A DNA stretch of 32,000 nucleotides, taken from positions 240,001 to 272,000 of the forward strand of contig NZ_JHUX01000003.1 of NCBI RefSeq assembly GCF_000619845.1, written 5' to 3'. The notes under the pieces were generated by a model that saw nothing but the letters and a program-made list of their open reading frames with translations, did no database searches and was not told the origin of the DNA. Position numbers and translations under genes: made by a program. Origin of the DNA: Alkanindiges illinoisensis DSM 15370 (lineage in GTDB: Bacteria > Pseudomonadota > Gammaproteobacteria > Pseudomonadales > Moraxellaceae). This document shows positions 15,511 to 23,267 of this stretch, in pieces. The first letter of the stretch is position 1. Each line of letters starts with the position of its first letter.

Positions 15511-17984
15511 GCGGCGGTACAATAAGAATATCGGCAGAAAAATCCAATAGCTTGCGCGTACAGACCTCAGCCTATGGCTTATGCCTGCCACTGATTTATG
15601 GCCGGCAGCGGGTTGCCGCTAATATGTTCTGGTATAGCGATTTTAATGCCATTGCTCATACCACCACCAGTAAATCCGGGGGCTTTTTAGGTATGGGTAA
15701 AACCAAGACTAAAAACACCACCTACACTTATCAGGCAGCACTGATGCTAGGACTTGGGGAGTCCATCACCTCAGTAGACACCATCTGGATTGACAAGGAT
15801 CAGGTCACAGCCAAGCAAAATGGTGGCGCAACAGAAACGGCACTGGCCCAGCGTGGCCTTGAACTGTTTACTGGCCAGAATAACAGTGTCTGGGGTTATT
15901 TAACTTCCCGGCATCCGGATCAGGCTTTAACGTATCCAAGGCTTGCCTATATTTGCTCTGGCGCGTATGACCTGGGCGAAAGTGCTACATTGGCCAACCA
16001 TGGGTTTGAAGTCACCGGCAAGTACTCCATTTCCAGCACTGTGCTAGACGCTAACCCGGCTGATGTGATTTATGACTATATCAAAAATCCCAATTATGGT
16101 GCGGCGCCTGATTTAAACTTGGCTAGCTTAAGTCAGTTCAGAACGTATTGTGCTGCTGCCAACCTGTTGGTGAGCCCTGCATTTACTGAACAGCGCTCTG
16201 CCTATGAAGCGATTAACGACCTGGTGGAATCGGTTAATTGTGCCGTGGTGGCCAGCGCTGATGGCTTAAAAATCATTCCGTATGGCGATGCACCACTCAC
16301 TGGCAACGGTTATACCTATACACCGAATTTAACCCCGGTGTATCACTTAACTGATGATGACTTCCTGGATCAGGAGGAACCGGTCAGGGTCAAGCGTAGC
16401 CGGGATTCTGATGCCTATAACCATTGCCAGATTGAATACGTCAACCGGCACAACCAGTACAATACGGAAATCGTAGAGGCTAAGGACCAGGCCAATATTG
16501 AAATGTACGGCCTGCGCACTGAAGATCCGGTCAAGCTGAACCACTTTTGTGAGCCAGTGATTGCCCGCCATGCTGTCCAGCTGCGCATGCAGCGTAAACT
16601 GCATATCCGGAATATTTATGAGTTTGAGCTGGGCTGGAAGTACTGCCGGCTGGAACCTATGGATATTGTCACCCTGACAGATTCATCCTTAGGCTTAAAC
16701 CAGTTTCCAGTGCGTATTAAGGACATTGACGAAGATGATGACGGCCAGCTGACAATCACCGCTGAAGAACTGGTGATCGGTGTTGGGAGTGCCATTAACT
16801 ATGACCTGCAATCGTCCAACGGTTATCAGGGCGGCAATGAAGATCCGGGGCCTGTATTTGCACCAGTAATTTTTGAGCCACCGCTGGAATTAACCGATGG
16901 CAACAATGAAGTGTGGGTGGCTGTTGCCGGTGGACCAAACTGGGGTGGCTGTCAGGTTTGGGTGAGTTACGACAATCAGAGCTTCAGTCAAGCAGGGGCT
17001 GTTTACGGTGCGGCACGCTATGGCCAGCTTATTGGCAGTATCGATGCAGACGATACAGCATTATATGTTGAGCTGAACACCAGCCTGCAAATTTACTCAT
17101 CCAGCACCGTGGCAGTGGAAGCCGATGTAAGCCTGGTGCTTGTTGGTAATGAATACCTGTCTTATCTGAATTCCACGTTAACTGGCCAGCAAACCTACCA
17201 GCTGACGGATCTGGAGCGCGGCCGCTTCAATGATGCCCAGGCACATACGGACAATACCCGTGTGGTGGTGTTAGATAGTGCCATCTTCAATGCGACAGTG
17301 AATAAAAACCTGATCGGTAAAACCATCTATTTAAAATTTACCAGTTTTAACAGTCTGGAGCGCAAGCACGAGCAGCTGGCCGATGTGGCTGCTTATTCTT
17401 ACACCCTGGTTGGCGGTGCACCGGGTGGGCCAGCAGGCCTGTCATTGGTTGCACCTTTTAATGGCAATAGCTTTACGGTGCAGTGGTCATTTGTCAGTGG
17501 TGCGAGCAGCTACGTGGTGCAGATCCTGTCAGATGGGGTGGTGCGGCGTGAAGTGGAAGTGACATCCACCAGCTACAGTTATGGTTATCAGGATGCTGCT
17601 ACTGATGGTGGCCCATGGCGTGCTTTTACGGTACGAGTGGCCAGCCGGTCAAATGGCAGTGTTTCGGCCTTTGCTGAGCTGAATGTCAGTAATCCTGTGC
17701 CGGCAGCAGTCGTTAATGTGATTGCTGTTCCTGGAACAAATAGCATCAGTGTGTCATGGGATAATAGCAGTGCACCAGACCTGAAGGACTATCAGGTCTG
17801 GCTATCAACAACCAGTGGTTTTGATCCTGCCACAATGGCTGCCTCATGGACTGGAAACAGTACTAACCATACCTTTACGGGTCTGGCTAGTGGTGCCACC
17901 TATTACATTCGGGTTGCGGCGCGGGATGTTTGGGGCGCTGGTGCACTAAATTATTCAGGACAGGTTAGCCAAGCGGCTGGCTAA
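15507..17984 (+). CDS. Host-specificity / central tail tip protein (lambda gpJ-like, RcGTA g15-like) with two C-terminal fibronectin type III domains
   Basis: Start set at ATG 15507 (ATGA overlap with the peptidase stop) rather than the TTG at 15483. N-terminal MSGGTIRISAEKSNSLRVQTSAYGLCLPLIYG is the typical start of J-like tail proteins. The C-terminus carries FN3 signatures (SFTVQWSFVSGASSYVVQI; SISVSWDNSSAPDLKDYQVWLS...GATYYIRVAARD). Confidence 0.8.
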   Translation: MSGGTIRISAEKSNSLRVQTSAYGLCLPLIYGRQRVAANMFWYSDFNAIAHTTTSKSGGFLGMGKTKTKNTTYTYQAALMLGLGESITSVDTIWIDKDQVTAKQNGGATETALAQRGLELFTGQNNSVWGYLTSRHPDQALTYPRLAYICSGAYDLGESATLANHGFEVTGKYSISSTVLDANPADVIYDYIKNPNYGAAPDLNLASLSQFRTYCAAANLLVSPAFTEQRSAYEAINDLVESVNCAVVASADGLKIIPYGDAPLTGNGYTYTPNLTPVYHLTDDDFLDQEEPVRVKRSRDSDAYNHCQIEYVNRHNQYNTEIVEAKDQANIEMYGLRTEDPVKLNHFCEPVIARHAVQLRMQRKLHIRNIYEFELGWKYCRLEPMDIVTLTDSSLGLNQFPVRIKDIDEDDDGQLTITAEELVIGVGSAINYDLQSSNGYQGGNEDPGPVFAPVIFEPPLELTDGNNEVWVAVAGGPNWGGCQVWVSYDNQSFSQAGAVYGAARYGQLIGSIDADDTALYVELNTSLQIYSSSTVAVEADVSLVLVGNEYLSYLNSTLTGQQTYQLTDLERGRFNDAQAHTDNTRVVVLDSAIFNATVNKNLIGKTIYLKFTSFNSLERKHEQLADVAAYSYTLVGGAPGGPAGLSLVAPFNGNSFTVQWSFVSGASSYVVQILSDGVVRREVEVTSTSYSYGYQDAATDGGPWRAFTVRVASRSNGSVSAFAELNVSNPVPAAVVNVIAVPGTNSISVSWDNSSAPDLKDYQVWLSTTSGFDPATMAASWTGNSTNHTFTGLASGATYYIRVAARDVWGAGALNYSGQVSQAAG

Positions 17985-18000
17985 AACAATTTTATTTTTC

Positions 18001-18024
18001 AAAGCTCCTAATCGGGAGCTTTTT
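18001..18024 (+). terminator. Intrinsic terminator after the J-like gene
   Basis: AAAGCTCC-(6 nt)-GGAGCTTT running into T5. Confidence 0.65.
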
Positions 18025-18049
18025 GCATTTTGAATGGAAGGGAAATCTT

Positions 18050-18430
18050 ATGTCTGAACCAGTTTCGACGTATGGGGCAGGGGCATTGCTCAAGGCTTAT
18101 GGCGCTGGCCTGATCATTGGCTTGTTTATTGTGTTGGGTTATCTGGTTGTGATTATGACTCGGATGCCACGCACACGGCCAGAGTGGGCTGTTGGGCTGA
18201 TTGCAACAGTGGTATCCAGTTTAGCTGGCGGCTCATTTTTGGTGATTAAGTACCAGCTTCATTCCTGGGGTAATGATTATTACGGCATGGTCGCTTTAGG
18301 CGGCTTTTATTTTGCCTGCGGATTGCCGGGCTGGGCGCTGATCCGCTGGATATTCAATTTTATCAACCAGCGCGAGGGCGCCACGATTATTGATGTTGTC
18401 CGTGAAGTGAAGGACGAGATCCAAAAATAA
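18050..18430 (+). CDS. Holin (class I-like, three predicted transmembrane segments)
   Basis: Start moved to ATG 18050 because the ORF-track TTG at 18023 lies inside the terminator; an AGGGA SD-like element lies upstream of 18050. Hydrophobic segments are GLIIGLFIVLGYLVVIM, WAVGLIATVVSSLAGGSFLVI and MVALGGFYFACGLPGWALIRWIF. It has a charged C-terminal tail and sits directly upstream of the endolysin. Confidence 0.6.
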   Translation: MSEPVSTYGAGALLKAYGAGLIIGLFIVLGYLVVIMTRMPRTRPEWAVGLIATVVSSLAGGSFLVIKYQLHSWGNDYYGMVALGGFYFACGLPGWALIRWIFNFINQREGATIIDVVREVKDEIQK

Positions 18431-18450
18431 CCGGTGTTTTTTTATTCATT

Positions 18451-18478
18451 AAGACTTCCTGCAGGAAGTCTTTTTTTT
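18451..18478 (+). terminator. Strong intrinsic terminator between holin and endolysin
   Basis: Perfect 22-bp palindrome AAGACTTCCTGCAGGAAGTCTT followed by T8. Confidence 0.8.
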
Positions 18479-18497
18479 ATGTCTGAAGGGAAATATT

Positions 18498-19262
18498 ATG
18501 CTACTGAAGAAAGGTAATACTGGGTCAGCTGTCAAACGATTGCAAACTGCACTGGCCAAGCAAGGGTTATATATTTATTTGGTAGATGGTGACTTTGGCC
18601 AAAAGACTGAAGATGCACTAAAAGCGTACCAGCAAAAATTCAATGTCAAACCTGATGGCATTTTAGGTGACTATATTGCCGGCAAGCTCGGCCTGGTATT
18701 ATCTGTGCCAGCTGGTGCACCAGCAAACACTAAACCGGTTATTGTGCTCACTGCTGGCCATAGTCTGGTAGATCCGGGCGCGTGTAATGGAAAATTCACT
18801 GAAGCCGGGATTGTGCGGGAAGTGCGTAACGGCGTAACGGCCATATTGAACAGTCGAGGCTACAAAGTCATTAATGATGGCACTGGAAACGACAACCAGG
18901 CTTTAAGCAAAGCTGCTGCACTAGTCAAACAGGGTAAAATCGCTATCGAGTTTCACTTGAATGCTGCAACCAGTAAAGCGGCCACCGGTGTTGAAGCATT
19001 AGCTCAATCGAAAGATAAAGCGATCTGTCAAAAACTGTGTAGTGCGCTCTCAAGCGTGCTTGATATTCCTGTACGCGGTGGCAATGGTGGCTGGAAGGAT
19101 GAAGGCAGTGGCCAGCACAGCAAACTTGCCTACGTCAGTGCCGGAGGCATCATTCTTGAGCTATTTTTCATCAGCAACGATGCAGAGCTGCAAAAATACT
19201 TCGACCGCAAGGATCAAGTGTTTACGGCCATTGCTGATGTACTGAGTGAAAATTTAACATGA
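18498..19262 (+). CDS. Modular endolysin: N-terminal peptidoglycan-binding domain (PG_binding_1) plus N-acetylmuramoyl-L-alanine amidase (Amidase_3)
   Basis: The PGB motif is GNTGSAVKRLQTALAKQG...DGDFGQKTEDALKAYQQKFNVKPDGILG. The amidase motifs are LTAGHSLVDPGA, IEFHLNAATSKAATGVEA and IILELFFISND. Confidence 0.85.
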   Translation: MLLKKGNTGSAVKRLQTALAKQGLYIYLVDGDFGQKTEDALKAYQQKFNVKPDGILGDYIAGKLGLVLSVPAGAPANTKPVIVLTAGHSLVDPGACNGKFTEAGIVREVRNGVTAILNSRGYKVINDGTGNDNQALSKAAALVKQGKIAIEFHLNAATSKAATGVEALAQSKDKAICQKLCSALSSVLDIPVRGGNGGWKDEGSGQHSKLAYVSAGGIILELFFISNDAELQKYFDRKDQVFTAIADVLSENLT

Positions 19263-19268
19263 GAGCAT

Positions 19269-19296
19269 AAAAAAGCCCGAATTAATCGGGCTTTTT
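19269..19296. terminator. Bidirectional intrinsic terminator shared by the endolysin (+) and the 19300-20073 ORF (-)
   Basis: A6-GCCCGA-attaa-TCGGGC-T5. The A and T runs flank the stem so it can act on both strands. Confidence 0.8.
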
Positions 19297-19299
19297 ACA

Positions 19300-20073
19300 T
19301 CATGCACGAGTTATTTTACGATTAAACATTTCAGATAAGGCAGCATCTAAAGCATCTTCCTGCTCTTCTGTGCGATCTGCATAAATTTCAATACAAGGGG
19401 CCATAGGGGATAACTTAGCTTGCACGAGTGCCTGACGAATTTCTTTAATCTCAGCAACATCGTTAGCAGATAAAGTACTATGAGTATCAATCGCAGTAAT
19501 TGAAAAAGAAGATTCTTTTCCTAATTCTTTGTTCATAACAAACCCCTTAACAGCCATAGCATGGCTAACATCATCTATCGTCATCTCAGTTGTTGCTTCT
19601 GGTAAATTGTGACTACTTGTGGCAATTTCGTAAAAATGAACATGGCTTCCAGTATGTACATCACGATGTGAAGCTGAATGAACAGCTTTTTTAGCACATT
19701 TATTAACTTCCCAGCATGTGATTGCAGGTAAGGTTCCTGAGCCTGTGATTGAAAGTATATCTTTATGGAAAATTCTTTGATTCTCGTGATAAAAATGCTT
19801 ACCGTTTTCTAAATCAATAATGCAAATAGCCATAGAATGAGCAGAAGGTCTAGGAGTACTATAATCTCCTTTTAACCAATCTTTCCATTTTTGAATAGCT
19901 GTTCCAGAGCCTGCAAAAAGAAAGCCAAATGCGTGCTGTTCAACATCTTTAATCACGAGTTTTGGGTAATTGACCTCGTCAATATATACCATCCACTTAG
20001 AAGGTGCCAGCGTTGACCATCGAGTATCTGCTGCTATAATTCCATTTAAACCGTCAAATACATTTGTTGTCAC
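19300..20073 (-). CDS. Orphan HslV / proteasome-beta-like (Ntn-hydrolase, Thr-protease) domain protein with a ~100-aa C-terminal extension of unknown family
   Basis: GTG start gives M-T-T-N-V, with an AGAGAG SD-like element 6 nt upstream. By-eye alignment to HslV/20S beta signature positions:
- MTTNVFDGLNGIIAADTRWS (Thr1, Asp17 equivalent).
- PKLVIKD...FLFAGSGTA (Lys33 / Gly47 region).
- SITGSGTLPA (Ser129 GSG).
- HRDVHTGSHVHFYEI (Asp166/Ser169 region).
The DNA is AT-rich and the gene is on the opposite strand to all neighbours. The family call needs a profile or structure search. Confidence 0.55.
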   Translation of the reverse strand: MTTNVFDGLNGIIAADTRWSTLAPSKWMVYIDEVNYPKLVIKDVEQHAFGFLFAGSGTAIQKWKDWLKGDYSTPRPSAHSMAICIIDLENGKHFYHENQRIFHKDILSITGSGTLPAITCWEVNKCAKKAVHSASHRDVHTGSHVHFYEIATSSHNLPEATTEMTIDDVSHAMAVKGFVMNKELGKESSFSITAIDTHSTLSANDVAEIKEIRQALVQAKLSPMAPCIEIYADRTEEQEDALDAALSEMFNRKITRA

Positions 20074-20392
20074 TAAATACTCTCTATTATTTTCATTAAA
20101 ATAAGTATGAAAAAATTGACGCGAATCCTACACAATAAAGTTCAAAAAAACAACGCTATTTTTTAGTGGAATTCGGCCTTACATTTTTTAAATTATTAAT
20201 AATTATTTTAAAAATTGTCCAGTCCATTTATCGGATCTATCCATGAATTTTAAAGATATCCTTTTATACTTACTAATACCGATATTCTGAATAGGCATTT
20301 TTCAAAATTTAATCATATTGCAGTATAAGTAAAACCTTATGTTTTACGACTTCCTACTTTATATAAAAAATCAGAGCGCAGGTTTCTTTGTC

Positions 20393-20401
20393 TGCTATAA
20401 T
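20393..20401 (+). promoter_or_regulatory. Candidate extended -10 promoter element (TGcTATAAT) for lepA
   Basis: TGCTATAAT was read at 20393-20401, about 90 nt upstream of the lepA ATG. No good -35 is present, which is compatible with extended -10 promoters. This is sequence inspection only. Confidence 0.35.
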
Positions 20402-20491
20402 CGCGCATCTTTAATTATTGCCTGCATTCAATCGAATGCCGCAAAAATATTCTATGTACAAAGTGCTGTACATATTGCTGAGTTTTATTGA

Positions 20492-22312
20492 ATGTCAAGT
20501 AACGTAACTCGTTGTAAAATAGAGAATATTAGAAACTTCTCGATTATTGCTCATATTGACCACGGCAAGTCCACGCTGGCTGACCGTTTTATTCAGCGTT
20601 GTGGCGGCTTGCAGGATCGTGAAATGCAGGCGCAGGTTCTAGATTCCATGGATCTGGAGCGTGAGCGTGGTATTACCATTAAGGCTCACTCAGTAACGCT
20701 CTACTATAATCATCCCAACGGGGAGCGTTACCAGCTCAATTTTATTGATACGCCGGGTCATGTTGATTTTTCCTATGAAGTGTCTCGCTCGCTGGCGGCC
20801 TGCGAAGGGGCTTTGCTGGTCGTTGATGCTGCACAAGGTGTGGAGGCGCAATCCGTTGCAAACTGTTATACCGCAATTGATCAGGGACTTGAAGTTTTAC
20901 CTGTCCTGAACAAGATTGACTTGCCACAGGTTGAGCCAGAACGTGTCATCAAGGAAATTGAGGAAATCATTGGTATTGAAGCTGAAGATGCGCCGCGTGT
21001 TTCTGCGAAATCAGGCTTGGGCATTGATGAACTGCTGGCCACGCTGGTAGATCGTATTCCTGCGCCAACCGGAGATCGTGATGCACCGCTACAGGCCTTG
21101 ATCATTGATTCCTGGTTTGACAATTATCTGGGTGTCGTGTCTTTGGTTCGGGTACGTCATGGCCGTATCAAAAAAGGCGATAAAATGCTGGTGAAGTCAA
21201 CCGGCATGAGCCATCTGGTAACTTCTGTGGGCGTATTTAACCCCAAGCATCAAGAAACTGGTTTGCTAGAGGCTGGTGAAGTTGGCTTTGTGATTGCGGG
21301 CATTAAGGACATTTTTGGCGCACCAGTAGGTGATACCATTACCCTGCACAGTACCCCTGATGTAGAGATATTACCCGGTTTTAAACAGGTTAAGCCACAG
21401 GTTTATGCGGGTTTATTCCCCATTGATTCCAGTGATTTCGAGGCGTTTCGCGAAGCATTGCAAAAGCTACAAATTAATGACGCCGCGCTATTTTTTGAGC
21501 CGGAAAGCTCGGATGCACTGGGCTTTGGTTTTCGCTGTGGTTTTCTGGGTATGTTGCACATGGAAATTGTGCAGGAGCGCTTGGAGCGGGAATACGATCT
21601 TGATCTGATTACATCGGCGCCGACTGTAATTTATGAAGCCGTTAAGAAAAATGGCGACACCGTTTATATTGATAACCCGTCCAAAATGCCGGATGGCGGT
21701 ACTGTTGAAGATTTGCGTGAGCCGATTGCCGAGTGTCATATTTTAGTTCCTCAGGAGTATCTGGGTAACGTGATGACCTTGTGCATTGAGCGCCGTGGTA
21801 TTCAAAAAGATCTTAAGTTTCTGGGCAATCAGGTTGCTGTAACTTTTGAAATCCCCATGGGTGAAGTGGTGATGGATTTCTTTGACCGTTTAAAATCAGT
21901 ATCCCGTGGTTTTGCCTCGCTGGATTATAATTTTGTCCGTTTTGAAAGCTCGAGTCTGGTTAAGGTTGATGTGCTGATTAACGGTGAAAAAGTCGATGCA
22001 CTGGCCATGATTTGCCATCGTAATGATGCGCGTTATCGGGGCAATGCACTGGTTGAAAAAATGAAAGACCTGATTCCGCGTCAGATGTTTGATGTCGCCA
22101 TTCAGGCAGCGATTGGTGGTCAGATCATTGCACGCTCTACGGTTAAGGCCATGCGTAAAAACGTTCTGGCCAAATGCTATGGCGGTGACGTATCGCGTAA
22201 GAAAAAACTGCTGTCCAAGCAAAAAGAAGGTAAAAAACGCATGAAGCAGGTGGGGAGTGTTGAAATTCCTCAAGAAGCGTTCTTGGCGGTGTTACAGGTT
22301 GATAAAAAATAA
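20492..22312 (+). CDS. lepA: Elongation factor 4 (LepA), translational GTPase
   Basis: [76 protein letters not shown] and the C-terminal LepA-specific domain are present. Synteny with lepB fits. Confidence 0.97.
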   Translation: MSSNVTRCKIENIRNFSIIAHIDHGKSTLADRFIQRCGGLQDREMQAQVLDSMDLERERGITIKAHSVTLYYNHPNGERYQLNFIDTPGHVDFSYEVSRSLAACEGALLVVDAAQGVEAQSVANCYTAIDQGLEVLPVLNKIDLPQVEPERVIKEIEEIIGIEAEDAPRVSAKSGLGIDELLATLVDRIPAPTGDRDAPLQALIIDSWFDNYLGVVSLVRVRHGRIKKGDKMLVKSTGMSHLVTSVGVFNPKHQETGLLEAGEVGFVIAGIKDIFGAPVGDTITLHSTPDVEILPGFKQVKPQVYAGLFPIDSSDFEAFREALQKLQINDAALFFEPESSDALGFGFRCGFLGMLHMEIVQERLEREYDLDLITSAPTVIYEAVKKNGDTVYIDNPSKMPDGGTVEDLREPIAECHILVPQEYLGNVMTLCIERRGIQKDLKFLGNQVAVTFEIPMGEVVMDFFDRLKSVSRGFASLDYNFVRFESSSLVKVDVLINGEKVDALAMICHRNDARYRGNALVEKMKDLIPRQMFDVAIQAAIGGQIIARSTVKAMRKNVLAKCYGGDVSRKKKLLSKQKEGKKRMKQVGSVEIPQEAFLAVLQVDKK

Positions 22313-22411
22313 GACTGCAAATAAGCGTGAGGAGCACTGCTCCGCAAGGCTTTGCGCAGTCGCAAAACAGGCAGTTAGGCTGCAAGTGAAATTGCTGAAG
22401 AGGAACGCGCT

Positions 22412-23230
22412 GTGGATTTTGATTTTAATTTGATTTTGGTACCAGCAACGCTGATCTTTTTTATGATCTGGCTACTGGATAAATTAATCTGGAAGCAACG
22501 CGCAACTCGCGGCCGCGATGGCGAAAATATTATAATTGGCTGGGCTTATGATTTCTGGCCTGTGCTGGCGCTGGTGCTAGTAATTCGTTCCTTTGTGGTT
22601 GAACCATTCAATATTCCGTCTGAATCCATGGTACCTACCTTGCAGACTGGTGATTTTATTCTGGTCAACAAGTATAGCTATGGTGTGCGTCTGCCAATTA
22701 GTAATACCAAGTTTTTGCAGACTGGTGAACCCCAGCGTGGCGAGGTCGTGGTGTTCCGTTATCCCTTGCAGCCCACTGTAAACTATATCAAGCGGGTGGT
22801 GGGCTTGCCGGGCGACCATATTGTCTATGACCGTGGCACATTAAGCATCAATGGTAAGCTGATTTTCAAGAAAGCCTTGGCAGATCAGGGAAATCCTGAA
22901 TATGAGCGGTTTTATCAGGAAACGCTGGGTACGCATGCCCATACCATTCGTGAGTTGAATGGTGCTAACTCTGCTTCTATCGCACCGTTTATTAACAGTC
23001 AGGCCAATGAAGGTGGCAAATATGCCGCAACCAACGGCCAGCACTGGGAAGTTAAGGTGCCGCAGGGTCATTATTTTATGATGGGTGACAACCGTGACCA
23101 GAGTGCGGATAGTCGTTTCTGGGGCTTTGTGCCGGAACAAAACCTGTCAGGTCGTGCTTTTTATGTATGGATGCATAAAGAACCGGGTTTCCATATTCCA
23201 AGTTTTGCCAGAAATGGTAGGATTAATTAG
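22412..23230 (+). CDS. lepB: Signal peptidase I (S26 family)
   Basis: GTG start with a GAAGAGGA SD. The catalytic box is PSESMVPTLQTGDFILVNK. Also present are YIKRVVGLPGD and GDNRDQSADSRFWGFVP. Confidence 0.95.
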   Translation: MDFDFNLILVPATLIFFMIWLLDKLIWKQRATRGRDGENIIIGWAYDFWPVLALVLVIRSFVVEPFNIPSESMVPTLQTGDFILVNKYSYGVRLPISNTKFLQTGEPQRGEVVVFRYPLQPTVNYIKRVVGLPGDHIVYDRGTLSINGKLIFKKALADQGNPEYERFYQETLGTHAHTIRELNGANSASIAPFINSQANEGGKYAATNGQHWEVKVPQGHYFMMGDNRDQSADSRFWGFVPEQNLSGRAFYVWMHKEPGFHIPSFARNGRIN

Positions 23231-23267
23231 GTAAAGCAGGGACTGGATCATTAAAAGGAATAATATC

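Larger units (their letters stand above)
1..20300. mobile_element. Right (late-gene) arm of an integrated lambda/HK97-style siphovirus prophage. The left end lies outside the window. The right end (attR) is unresolved, somewhere between 19.3 and 20.4 kb.
   Basis: About 19 kb of co-directional, tightly packed structural genes (several ATGA overlaps) in canonical head-neck-tail-tip-lysis order, abutting the conserved lepA operon. There are no sheath or baseplate-wedge genes and the tape measure is very long, so a non-contractile tail is inferred. The end coordinate is an estimate only. Confidence 0.85.

Noticed and set aside
18023-18049. TTG start of the holin ORF given by the ORF track
   Set aside because: It overlaps the T-run of the 18001-18024 terminator. 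ATG 18050 carries the conserved GAAGGGAAAT block also used by the endolysin.
19042-19245. 67-aa ORF embedded in the endolysin gene, considered as an embedded o-spanin
   Set aside because: It has no lipobox Cys after a signal-like segment, no transmembrane helix and no SD.
20122-20128. CGAATCC, reminiscent of a tRNA T-loop (possible tRNA-derived att core)
   Set aside because: The flanks cannot be folded into T-arm and acceptor stems, and there is no CCA or cloverleaf. It is judged a chance match.
20191-20204. 14-bp perfect palindrome AATTATTAATAATT
   Set aside because: It is made of A/T only within a very AT-rich spacer, so chance occurrence is plausible. It is kept only as a possible operator/IHF-type site under the junction finding.
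20339-20491. 50-codon ORF whose TGA directly abuts the lepA ATG (possible leader peptide)
   Set aside because: It has no SD and an odd composition, and the candidate lepA -10 element lies inside it. It cannot be excluded without ribosome profiling.
22331-22366. Two short hairpins (GGAGC-act-GCTCC and TTTGCG-cagt-CGCAAA) between lepA and lepB
   Set aside because: The stems are only 5-6 bp and have no T-run. lepA-lepB are normally co-transcribed, so this is not called a terminator or attenuator.
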